13,065 nt of DNA from Promethearchaeota archaeon (GCA_048939465.1 JBHLPL010000052.1:1-13065), one strand, 5' to 3'; numbered from the stretch's first letter, positions 1 through 7,921 are shown. The notes: generated by a model not told the origin, from the letters alone. Program-made: numbers and translations.

Positions 1-62
1 ATGTTCTCCCTTCTCCTTTCAACTATACAACCCTCTGCATCTAGACAATTTAAAGATTACGG
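1..62 (-). promoter_or_regulatory. Probable promoter and ribosome-binding site of a minus-strand gene that starts at or just beyond the left window edge
   Basis: The minus strand reads ...ctTTAAAt (55-48), then purine-rich AAGGAGAAGGGAG (about 19-7), then 'AT' at positions 2-1. The G that would complete an ATG is outside the window and cannot be checked. Confidence 0.3.
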
Positions 63-450
63 AACTATCTTCTATATCGCGGAAGTAACACATTGGTTAA
101 TATTTAACTGATTAGTTACTCTCCTAAATGTGAGTAGCAGCTTTCCTATTAACGTACTTCCAAGCAAGATAGAAAATTTTGGGCGCAAGCTGGCAAGACA
201 GTTTTCATACCATCTTAACTGTTTACATGCCTAAACTTCGTTTTCTCTTGTTGACTAAGCAGGGAGGTCTCCAATGTCCATGCACGAGTGAGTTATTATC
301 CGATGGACCGTGCAAACGTTCTGGTCACCAACCTACTGATTTCATGTTGTTCCGGGACAAGTATACAAATTATGAGGAAACGGAGAGGTCTGGCACCGGA
401 AAATGATTGACAACAGAACTCATGCGTACGTATGTTTAGAGGTGGCATAT

Positions 451-459
451 AAAAAAAAA
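451..459 (-). terminator. Oligo-T (T9) archaeal-type terminator downstream of the SBP gene
   Basis: A9 on + (451-459) gives TTTTTTTTT on the minus strand, about 40 nt past the SBP stop codon at 500-502. Archaeal intrinsic termination at oligo-T tracts is established. Confidence 0.55.
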
Positions 460-499
460 GGGAGTTTTGCGCCGGGTTGTGCGCATGTTTGAATGTTTA

Positions 500-2539
500 C
501 TATGGTGTCCAAGGCGGGGCTGTATAGCCGAACTGCATTGCAACGAAGGTGATGTCTCGAATGTCAACTCTTTCGTCCATGTTTATGTCGGCGTAAGCGT
601 CCCATCTTGGGTGTACATCGCCGATTGCGTAGTAGGATCCGAAGGACAGCGCCACTTGAGTGATGTCTCGAATGTTGATTGCTCCGTCCATGTTAATGTC
701 TTCTGCGGGCAGGTCTTCTTTCCAGTAGTGGTAGAAGAAGGCACCTGAGTATATAGGGTTGTAGTACCATCCTTGAACCCACTCTCGTTCCCAGTGGCGT
801 CCAGTTGCCTGATGAGTTTGGACTCCTGGGCACTCGTCGATGTAGAGTTCCTGCAGTTCATAGTAGATTTCTTGTCTTCTAACAGGATCTACAGTCGTTC
901 CTCCTTCTTCAATCAGTGCGTCGGCGATAGGATTGCTATAGCTTTGCCAGCCTGAGAAGGCTCCATACGTATGCATGAATGGATGGAAGAAGTTGTGTGG
1001 GTCAGGATAGTCAGCTAGCCAACCGATGATGAAGAGTGTTAGGTCGCCATTGAACAGTTCAGGAATATACACGGTGCCCCATTCGACCTCTAGGGTATCG
1101 ATGTGGAACTTTGAGTTAAGCAGCTCAACATTGCTTTCGAGCATTTCAGCTATCGTTTTCCTTGGAAGGTTGCCTATGTTGTAACAGATTGTCAGCGTGA
1201 ACCCTGTTTCCCATAACTGACCGCCCCAAGCAAGCTTAAACTCCTCCTCAGCCTTCGCTAGGTCGAGCATATATTGATGTTCGGCATACCATTCATCGGA
1301 CTGTCTGTAGGGCAATCCCCATATTGCTGGGGTAGCCGGGTACTTAGCCTCGCCGAGAAATGCTATTGCAAGGAACTCGATGTAGTCCATAGCGTACGCG
1401 AAGCCCTTTCTTACGTGGATATCAGTGAAGAAGTCCGGTGGAAATCCACCCTCGTTCAATTCGCCGGCGGCACATTCGTAACTTGTGAAGGGCGGTTTCA
1501 AGTAGCGGCTCGTACTAGCTATATCGAAGTTGAAGAAGAAGCCGGAACAACTCAACGTTGCTAGGGGATAGATGCATGTTAATCCAGGTTGACCCCAAAC
1601 GTCCGCCATGTACATTCTTGGAACGTAGGCGAAGTCAAGGTCTCCTGCTAGGAACATCAGTTTCCTCGTAGGCCATTCGTCAATAAACTTCACTGTAGCC
1701 CTTGAAACGTAGCCTCTGGCAGTTCCGATTACCGGATGTTTAGCTGGCCAGCCGTCCCAATAGTCGTCGAATTTGTAGATTGACCACTCCAACGCGTGCT
1801 CCCAATAGTCGAAAATGTAGGGGCCGGCTCCCATCATTACTGGTTCCGGATCCATTAGTGGTGAAACTTCAGGATTGTGATAAGCCGCCATAGACTCCAT
1901 AGTGTATACTCCGTTCCAGCATCCCTGTTCGATAGCCCACTCCTTACTAAGTATGCTCGCCCATTGCTGAGCCCACACTTGGTAGACAATCATTGACGGA
2001 AATGGTCCAGCACACTTGAAGTAAACATTGTTAGCATCGCTCTCAACAGCAGCGTCTATTTTGTTGATGAACTCTGGATCCTCCATGTCAGCTGCGTAAC
2101 AGCCAAGCAGAGGCTCAAAGACCATCCATTGGGGACCGCCATCCTTGTCCATGACCATCCACCTCTCAAAGCTGTACTCCACATCCGCGGGAGTAACAAA
2201 ACCGTAAGCAGGGTCCTGCCATGGCACATTTTTTCTAACAACAAAGGTGTATGTCAAGGTTGCTTCATCATAACTCCATGATGTAGCGAGGCTGGGCAAG
2301 AACTCGTCAGTCGCTTCTCCGTCAAACCACAGTAGCGAGTCATACACGTTCATTATTAATTCTCCACTTGCAGTATCATAACACTCAGCTGGATCCACAG
2401 TCTGCGGCTCACCAATCGTCCCCACAACGATTTCATTCGGATTCATCACATCAGGTGTTGCCGTTGCCGTTGTAATTAGAAAGCTTCCCAGTAGCAGCAG
2501 AGTCAAGATCAAAGTAGACAATAGATTTTTACTATTCAT
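500..2539 (-). CDS. oppA: ABC transporter substrate-binding protein, family 5 (OppA/DppA/NikA-like), with a C-terminal dockerin-like domain
   Basis: 679 aa. N-terminal signal peptide (MNSK + hydrophobic h-region + ITATA|TP). Family-5 motifs: TVDPAECYDTASGELIMNVYDSLLWFD, LPSLATSW, YTFVVRKNVPWQD, VTPADVEYSFER, GAGPYIF, DIHVRKGFAYAMD, GWLADYPDPHNF. Purine-rich AGGAAAAGGA just upstream of the ATG. Adjacent to oppBCDF-like genes. Substrate (peptide, oligosaccharide or metal) cannot be determined from sequence. Confidence 0.93.
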   Translation of the reverse strand: MNSKNLLSTLILTLLLLGSFLITTATATPDVMNPNEIVVGTIGEPQTVDPAECYDTASGELIMNVYDSLLWFDGEATDEFLPSLATSWSYDEATLTYTFVVRKNVPWQDPAYGFVTPADVEYSFERWMVMDKDGGPQWMVFEPLLGCYAADMEDPEFINKIDAAVESDANNVYFKCAGPFPSMIVYQVWAQQWASILSKEWAIEQGCWNGVYTMESMAAYHNPEVSPLMDPEPVMMGAGPYIFDYWEHALEWSIYKFDDYWDGWPAKHPVIGTARGYVSRATVKFIDEWPTRKLMFLAGDLDFAYVPRMYMADVWGQPGLTCIYPLATLSCSGFFFNFDIASTSRYLKPPFTSYECAAGELNEGGFPPDFFTDIHVRKGFAYAMDYIEFLAIAFLGEAKYPATPAIWGLPYRQSDEWYAEHQYMLDLAKAEEEFKLAWGGQLWETGFTLTICYNIGNLPRKTIAEMLESNVELLNSKFHIDTLEVEWGTVYIPELFNGDLTLFIIGWLADYPDPHNFFHPFMHTYGAFSGWQSYSNPIADALIEEGGTTVDPVRRQEIYYELQELYIDECPGVQTHQATGRHWEREWVQGWYYNPIYSGAFFYHYWKEDLPAEDINMDGAINIRDITQVALSFGSYYAIGDVHPRWDAYADINMDERVDIRDITFVAMQFGYTAPPWTP
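549..700 (-). repeat. Duplicated Ca-binding (F-hand) loops of a dockerin-like domain at the SBP C-terminus
   Basis: Loop 1 DINMDGAINIRD (700-665) and loop 2 DINMDERVDIRD (589-554), each followed by a helix-like ITxVAxxFG. D/N occupy Ca-ligand positions 1,3,5,9,12 in both. At DNA level, gtgatgtctcgaatgt is identical at 549-564 and 660-675. Confidence 0.85.
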
Positions 2540-2565
2540 TTTGTATCCTTTTCCTTTCTCTTAAG

Positions 2566-2605
2566 CAAAAAAGAATATGCGGTGAGTGATATTTAATTCT
2601 TATGG
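2566..2605 (-). promoter_or_regulatory. Candidate BRE/TATA promoter of the SBP gene
   Basis: The minus strand reads ataaga-aTTAAATAtc (TATA-like core 2596-2589), about 50 nt upstream of the ATG at 2539, leaving room for a short leader containing the AGGA SD-like site. Confidence 0.45.
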
Positions 2606-2717
2606 AACATTATTACATATCTTTCCTGAGCACGAAAATCTTTAGTAAATGAGCCAAATTGGGCTTTCTCACTCGTTTATGCCTTAATGACTGGCGGCAG
2701 TTTTATACTCGTCTTCT

Positions 2718-3524
2718 TTACCAGCCCCTACGCTTCATATAAGCTATGAAGATGACGAATGCGACTACCATAGCGGTGAATAATACGAAGTTGGAAAGAG
2801 GCAACTGTGTATAATGATGTACAACAATGAATAATTCATAACTTGCTGGGCTTATCTCAAATGGTTTTGAACTAAGTTCAAACGTTGCTTTAGCCCCTGA
2901 ATCTATCGCTGTGCTGACATGGGCATGAGACATGGCTATCAGATAGTCTGTTGCATTATAATACGCGCAGATTACCTTTACGGCGACAGCTTTCGTTTTC
3001 CAATTGTTCTGGACTTCTCCAACTACTTTATGATACCCCTCCTTATCAAAACTAGCAGTTTGATTTATGACTTCGACTCCTCTGACAGGTTCTTCATCTG
3101 TCTCGAAACATGAAGCAGTAACCTCATATCGGGATGGAATGGATGTGGACGAACCTAATAATAGATAGATTTCGAAGGGCGCTCTCTCCCCAGGCTCGAT
3201 TATCTCCAGTTCGATATGACCTAATAGAGATGAATTTTCAATCATTTTTCCCTCCGCATCGTAGAACATCGCAGTCACATTAACAGAGCATACGTTAGTT
3301 GAAAGGTTATTCTCAATCACACCAGCAACCACGAAAAATGTGACGATTTCCTTTTCGCTTTCTACCTGATCAATATAACTGATATCGCTTAGAATCTTTA
3401 GCGCTTTTGGCGCCTCTAGCACCTCTCTTGTTGAGGCTGACCGTAATGGTAGGTAATAATAAGTCCCAACTAGGCCTGGGATGGTTGCGACGAGTATAGC
3501 GGCTATTGCTAGCTTACTGTTCAT
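2718..3524 (-). CDS. Membrane-anchored surface protein with two FxLYD-type (Ig-like beta-sandwich) domains
   Basis: 268 aa. N-terminal hydrophobic segment. Two repeats of the pattern VxGx(I/V)xNN...V(T/I)xxxY(D/N)...GxxAxFE: VVAGVIENN..VTAMFYD..PGERAPFEI and VVGEVQNN..VICAYYN..SGAKATFEL. C-terminal TM helix with basic tail KRRGW. Five N-x-S/T sequons (NLS, NVT, NSS, NQT, NAT). Confidence 0.75.
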   Translation of the reverse strand: MNSKLAIAAILVATIPGLVGTYYYLPLRSASTREVLEAPKALKILSDISYIDQVESEKEIVTFFVVAGVIENNLSTNVCSVNVTAMFYDAEGKMIENSSLLGHIELEIIEPGERAPFEIYLLLGSSTSIPSRYEVTASCFETDEEPVRGVEVINQTASFDKEGYHKVVGEVQNNWKTKAVAVKVICAYYNATDYLIAMSHAHVSTAIDSGAKATFELSSKPFEISPASYELFIVVHHYTQLPLSNFVLFTAMVVAFVIFIAYMKRRGW

Positions 3525-3670
3525 GTAACCGCACCAAAAAAGTTCTCAACATCGTAAGATATTAAGTTGTCTCTTTCATTCATGATTGTTAACAGTTAAA
3601 GTTACTGGGTTGACACGTGCACGCAAATGTTATTAACCTCTGTCTGCATGCATGCACGAGGGTAATTAAG
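3525..3670. promoter_or_regulatory. Divergent promoter region between the FxLYD/SBP arm and the permease-ATPase operon
   Basis: Minus-strand TATA-like TTAATATC (3565-3558). Plus-strand TATA-like TTATTAA (3630-3636). Palindromes TGTTAACA (3587-3594) and TGCATGCATGCA (3645-3656). SD-like GAGGG before the GTG at 3671. Confidence 0.5.
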
Positions 3671-4711
3671 GTGGGTTTGAGAGCATATGCCATTAGAAGA
3701 GCCATACTGATAATACCAGTCTTGATCGGTGTTACCTTGCTCGTTTTCGCAATCACCCAATTCTTCGACCCAATCGCTAGGGCTTCCCTGTACGTCGACA
3801 TAACTAAAGTCAGAAATATGACAGCCGTCATTGAGAAATACGGCTTAAACGATCCGATCTACGTCCAGTATTTTCGTTGGTTGACTGAAGTTTCACACGG
3901 CAACTTGGGATACTCGCGAGAGCAACGTATGTATGTCCTACCGTCTCTCCTCAAGAAGTTCCCCGTCACAGCTGAGGTTGTCCTGTATTCCGTACCTCTC
4001 ACTATTTTTATAGGCATATACCTAGGTGTCAAATCGGCTGTACACCGCAATAAGGTCATTGACCATATGACAAGGATTGTGGCAATAATCGGCTGGTCTC
4101 TTCCAACCTTTTGGTCTGCCATAATATTACTTTCAGTGTTTTACGGCGGTTTCGGTGTTTTTCCGCCTGAGAGGCTGAGCAGAGAAGCAGAGGCATTTAT
4201 AAGGGCGGGCATAAGGCTTGGTACCTACCATAGCTACACAGGACTTAACACATTTGACGGGTTGGTGAACGGGCAACCATGGATAACTTGGGATGCGCTA
4301 CAGCACCTTGTGCTTCCAGTTATAAACTTGGTTATAGTGCAAATAGCGCTTATTATAAGAGTAATGCGCTCAAGCATGTTGGAGGCGCTCAACAAAGGGT
4401 ACATGGTTACAGCGAGGGCAAAAGGTCTAAGTCAAAGTGAAGTCATCAATAAACATGCGAGAAGGAACGCTTTGATCCCGGTGGTTACACTCTCAGGACT
4501 ACTGATTGCAGGCATGTTAACTGGTATGGTGATAACGGAAACTGTCTTCCATATTCCGGGCCTAGGAAGGGCTGCGGCCAGTGCTGCCCTTCATCTTGAC
4601 ATACCATTTGTACTTGGTTTCTCCCTACTCACGGGTATCATTTTTGTAATCGCAAACTTAATTGTAGACATAGTATACGCATACGTAGACCCTCGAATCA
4701 GATTGGGGTGA
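3671..4711 (+). CDS. oppB: Peptide/nickel ABC transporter permease (OppB/DppB-like)
   Basis: The typical N-terminus 'MGLRAYAIRRAILIIPVLIGVTLLVF' begins at GTG 3671, not at the ORF-track start 3617. Motifs: YGLNDPIYVQYFRWL, GNLGYS, LPTFW, HLVLP, EAA-like loop YMVTARAKGL, KHARRNALIPVVT, ETVFHIPGLG, NLIVDIVYAYVDPRIR. Confidence 0.95.
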   Translation: MGLRAYAIRRAILIIPVLIGVTLLVFAITQFFDPIARASLYVDITKVRNMTAVIEKYGLNDPIYVQYFRWLTEVSHGNLGYSREQRMYVLPSLLKKFPVTAEVVLYSVPLTIFIGIYLGVKSAVHRNKVIDHMTRIVAIIGWSLPTFWSAIILLSVFYGGFGVFPPERLSREAEAFIRAGIRLGTYHSYTGLNTFDGLVNGQPWITWDALQHLVLPVINLVIVQIALIIRVMRSSMLEALNKGYMVTARAKGLSQSEVINKHARRNALIPVVTLSGLLIAGMLTGMVITETVFHIPGLGRAAASAALHLDIPFVLGFSLLTGIIFVIANLIVDIVYAYVDPRIRLG

Positions 4712-4715
4712 TGAG

Positions 4716-5714
4716 ATGAACATTCGGTCCAAGTTAAAGGAATTCAAACTCTCAATGGGGCCTACTGTAAAGGAATTAAGATTTATAACCAGCAGGATAA
4801 AGAAAAGTCCCCTTTCAATCCTCGGCTTATCAATACTCTTATTCTATATCGCAATTGCGTTGCTAGCCCCCATACTGGCACCCCCACGCCCCCCGCCTAT
4901 GGGGCGTGACGACCCATTCATAGTATGGAAGGACTTGGACATTCCCGCCCTCGAGCGAATGATGCCTCATCCTCCGAGTCCCAGACACCCACTCGGAACG
5001 ACAGAAGAAAGTTACGACATTTACTATGGATGCATCTGGGGAACAATAACAGCATTTCGTGTAGGAATCATGGTTGTATTTAGTTCTTTATTGGCCAGTC
5101 TCATTATCGGAGGTGTTGCTGGCTACTACGGGGGAATCGTCGACGAGATATTGATGCGGCTCACTGATATCATCTATGCTTTTCCCGGTTTGATTCTCTG
5201 TATGGCCTTGGTTACTGCCTTGCCCTCTCTGTATCAGTTGGGCCCCTTTGTTGTTACCTTGACCAAATTGGACAAAGTTTTAATGGCCCTCATCCTAGTT
5301 GGATGGCCATCGTATAGTAGGGTGATCCGAGGGGAGATATTAAGAGTCAAGCAGGAGGATTACATCGAAGCCGCCAAGGCCGTTGGATGCTCCGATCTTA
5401 GGGTGATGGTCAAGCACGTTTTGCCGAACGCCATATATCCTATCGTAATCATGGCCTCCCTAGATATAGGGGCAATCGTCTTGACCGCTGCGGCGCTGAG
5501 TTTCCTGGGACTCGGTGCCCCGCCGGGTTACGCAGACTGGGGACAACTGATATCCCTGTCAAGAAACTACATATATGGGAACATAACTGATCCATTCAGG
5601 CACTGGTACGTGTGGCTCACACCTGGCGCATTTATATTCACCTTCGTTCTAGGATGGAACCTACTAGGAGATGCGTTCAGGGACATTCTCGATCCAACGC
5701 TGAGGAGAAGATAA
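4716..5714 (+). CDS. oppC: Peptide/nickel ABC transporter permease (OppC/DppC-like)
   Basis: 332 aa. Motifs: HPLGT, DEILMRLTD, GWPSYSRVIRG, EAA motif EDYIEAAKAVG, KHVLPN, ALSFLGLG, WGQLI, WNLLGDAFRDILDP. SD GGGGTGA overlaps the oppB stop. Confidence 0.95.
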   Translation: MNIRSKLKEFKLSMGPTVKELRFITSRIKKSPLSILGLSILLFYIAIALLAPILAPPRPPPMGRDDPFIVWKDLDIPALERMMPHPPSPRHPLGTTEESYDIYYGCIWGTITAFRVGIMVVFSSLLASLIIGGVAGYYGGIVDEILMRLTDIIYAFPGLILCMALVTALPSLYQLGPFVVTLTKLDKVLMALILVGWPSYSRVIRGEILRVKQEDYIEAAKAVGCSDLRVMVKHVLPNAIYPIVIMASLDIGAIVLTAAALSFLGLGAPPGYADWGQLISLSRNYIYGNITDPFRHWYVWLTPGAFIFTFVLGWNLLGDAFRDILDPTLRRR

Positions 5715-6872
5715 ATGAGCAAACTCATCGAAATCGAAGATCTTGTGTTAAAATTCTACACTTATGAAGGAATTGTGAAAGCCCTAGAAGGGATCAACCT
5801 CTTTGTGAAGGAGGGCGAAACGCTAGGAATCGTAGGAGAGACAGGATGCGGGAAAACCATGACAGGTCTCTCAATCTTCTATCTCATCCCGTCACCAGGG
5901 AAGATAGAGAGCGGAAAGGTCTTCTTCAAAACCAGAGATGGACCTGTGAATCTCCTCAGCCTAAAAGAGTCCGATCTAAGAAAAATCAGGGGAAAGGATA
6001 TTTCCATGGTGTTTCAAGAACCAAGGTCCGCCCTCAACCCCGTATACACCGTTAACGAACAAGTTTCGGAAGTCTTCTTACAACATAGGAAAAAGGAATT
6101 GATCCAGAGCGCACTTGATCAACTTGAAAAGGACATTCAGAGCGTGGAGACAGGGTCTTTAAAGGGTCGCATTTATAGATGGGAAAAAAAGATTTTCAAC
6201 AAAATGTTAAGAAATCCAGATTCTTTTTCTCTGAAAATCCTTTCAAAAATTCCAATCGCCAACTGGCATAACCGCAGACTGAAGAACGAGGTAAGAAAAG
6301 CAGTTGTTGAAATCCTTAGAGAAATGGAGATACCTGACCCAGAGAGGGTTACTGATATGTACCCTCATGAACTAAGTGGAGGCATGCAACAACGAGTTGT
6401 CATAGCCATAGCCCTCGCATGTAATCCGACTCTCCTCGCAGCTGATGAGCCAACAACCTCTCTCGACGTGACCGTCCAAGCTCGGATTTTAGACCTTATG
6501 AGAAGACTTAAGGACAAATCCAAGTCGTCCATCCTTTACATAACTCATGATATGGGAGTCATTGCGGAAATGTGTGATCGCGTAGCTGTGATGTACGCGG
6601 GAAGCATCTGTGAGGCCGCCAATGTCATCGAAATTTTCAAGAATCCTCTCCATCCTTATACTAAAGCCCTATTGGCGTCTATTCCGAGGCCTGGAGAGGA
6701 ATTTAGGTCCATCATCGGCACGGTACCGAATCTAATAGATCCCCCCGCAGGTTGCAGGTTTCACCCTAGGTGTCCTATGGCTAGGGAAATATGTCGTAAG
6801 GTCAAACCTAACATTGTAGAAGTAAAGAAAGACCATTTCGTTTCATGTCACCTATACCTGAGGCATGCATAA
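5715..6872 (+). CDS. oppD: Peptide/nickel ABC transporter ATP-binding protein (OppD/DppD-like)
   Basis: 385 aa. Walker [10 protein letters not shown]-loop MVFQEP, signature LSGGMQQR, Walker [10 protein letters not shown]-loop ITHD, C-terminal HPYT and Cys cluster CRFHPRC..C..C. The ATG directly follows the oppC stop. Confidence 0.96.
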   Translation: MSKLIEIEDLVLKFYTYEGIVKALEGINLFVKEGETLGIVGETGCGKTMTGLSIFYLIPSPGKIESGKVFFKTRDGPVNLLSLKESDLRKIRGKDISMVFQEPRSALNPVYTVNEQVSEVFLQHRKKELIQSALDQLEKDIQSVETGSLKGRIYRWEKKIFNKMLRNPDSFSLKILSKIPIANWHNRRLKNEVRKAVVEILREMEIPDPERVTDMYPHELSGGMQQRVVIAIALACNPTLLAADEPTTSLDVTVQARILDLMRRLKDKSKSSILYITHDMGVIAEMCDRVAVMYAGSICEAANVIEIFKNPLHPYTKALLASIPRPGEEFRSIIGTVPNLIDPPAGCRFHPRCPMAREICRKVKPNIVEVKKDHFVSCHLYLRHA

Positions 6873-7921
6873 TGATAACTTTACTGGAAACAAATAGGTT
6901 AAAAAAGTTCTACTCCATAAGAGGAGGAGTCTTCAGAAGAAAGGTAGGTGAAGTGAGAGCTGTAGACGATGTCAGCCTAAGCATAGCTAAAGGTGAATGT
7001 TTTGGTCTAGTCGGGGAGTCGGGATGCGGCAAAACAACGTATGGTAAAACGATAATCCGACTACTCAAACCGACTGCAGGTCATATTTACTTCAATGTCC
7101 CAGATGATGTGAAGGAAGAAATAGAGAAACTTGAGAATTCAAACCCAGGGTCCGGCAGGCTAAAGAAACTTAGAGAGGAATACGATCTCTCCACGTATGG
7201 CGGACAAAAGCTGAAACCAATGAGGAAAAAGATGCAGATAGTCTATCAAGATCCCTCATCTTCTCTCAATCCTAGAATGCTCATCAAAGATGTCGTCGGG
7301 GAACCACTTGTTGTCCAGAAACTGGCGAAGGGAAAAGAAGTTATGGAAAAGGTGCTGGAGTTGCTTGGTAAGGTGGGGCTAACGGAAAGACATCTCTACA
7401 GATATCCACACGAGTTCAGTGGAGGGCAGAGGCAAAGAATTGCAATAGCTAGAGCCCTCGCAACTAGCCCTGACTTTGTAGTTCTTGATGAGCCGACTTC
7501 TTCTGTAGATGTTTCGGTGAGGGCACAGTTGCTCAGGCTCTTTCAGGACTTACAGAAAGACTTGGGGTTAACCTACCTGTTCATTAGTCACGATTTGAGC
7601 GTTGTAGAATGCATAAGTCATAGGCTTGCGGTCATGTACGTTGGAAAAGTAGTGGAATTCACTAATACCGAGGAGATATTCCACAAACCGCTTCATCCTT
7701 ACTCCAAAGCTCTAATCTCCTCGATCCCGGTTCCAGATCCAACCATAAATCGGGAGCAAGTCATACTTAAGGGAGAAGTGCCAAGCCCAGTGAACCCTCC
7801 TGTGGGTTGCAGGTTTAACCCTAGATGCGACAGGGCAATGGACATTTGTCGCAAAGAAGAACCTGAGCTTATAGATGTAGGAAAGGAACATTTTGTAGCT
7901 TGTCACCTCTTCAAAAGCTAG
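6872..7921 (+). CDS. oppF: Peptide/nickel ABC transporter ATP-binding protein (OppF/DppF-like)
   Basis: Start reassigned to ATG 6872, which overlaps the oppD stop (TAATG). Walker A GESGCGKT, IVYQDP, FSGGQRQR, VVLDEPT, ISHD, HPYS and CRFNPRC..C..C. Confidence 0.96.
   Translation: MITLLETNRLKKFYSIRGGVFRRKVGEVRAVDDVSLSIAKGECFGLVGESGCGKTTYGKTIIRLLKPTAGHIYFNVPDDVKEEIEKLENSNPGSGRLKKLREEYDLSTYGGQKLKPMRKKMQIVYQDPSSSLNPRMLIKDVVGEPLVVQKLAKGKEVMEKVLELLGKVGLTERHLYRYPHEFSGGQRQRIAIARALATSPDFVVLDEPTSSVDVSVRAQLLRLFQDLQKDLGLTYLFISHDLSVVECISHRLAVMYVGKVVEFTNTEEIFHKPLHPYSKALISSIPVPDPTINREQVILKGEVPSPVNPPVGCRFNPRCDRAMDICRKEEPELIDVGKEHFVACHLFKS

Noticed and set aside
179-406. 75-aa ORF with TTG start
   Set aside because: No recognisable motif, no SD at its start, atypical composition. 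Not called as a CDS.
467-2244. Short ORFs 467..748, 583..861, 773..955, 1274..1564 and 2056..2244
   Set aside because: All overlap the well-supported SBP gene in antisense or alternative frames. The apparent repeat in 467..748 (DVSNV..SVHV) is just the dockerin duplication read on the other strand.
2718-2800. FxLYD C-terminus as an archaeosortase signal
   Set aside because: It has a TM and basic tail but no PGF, PEF or VPxxxP signature motif before the helix. Treated as a plain TM anchor.
3617-3670. ORF-track N-terminal extension of oppB (MHANVINLCLHACTRVIK)
   Set aside because: It runs through the promoter palindromes and TATA-like box. Family similarity starts at GTG 3671, which has an SD-like site.
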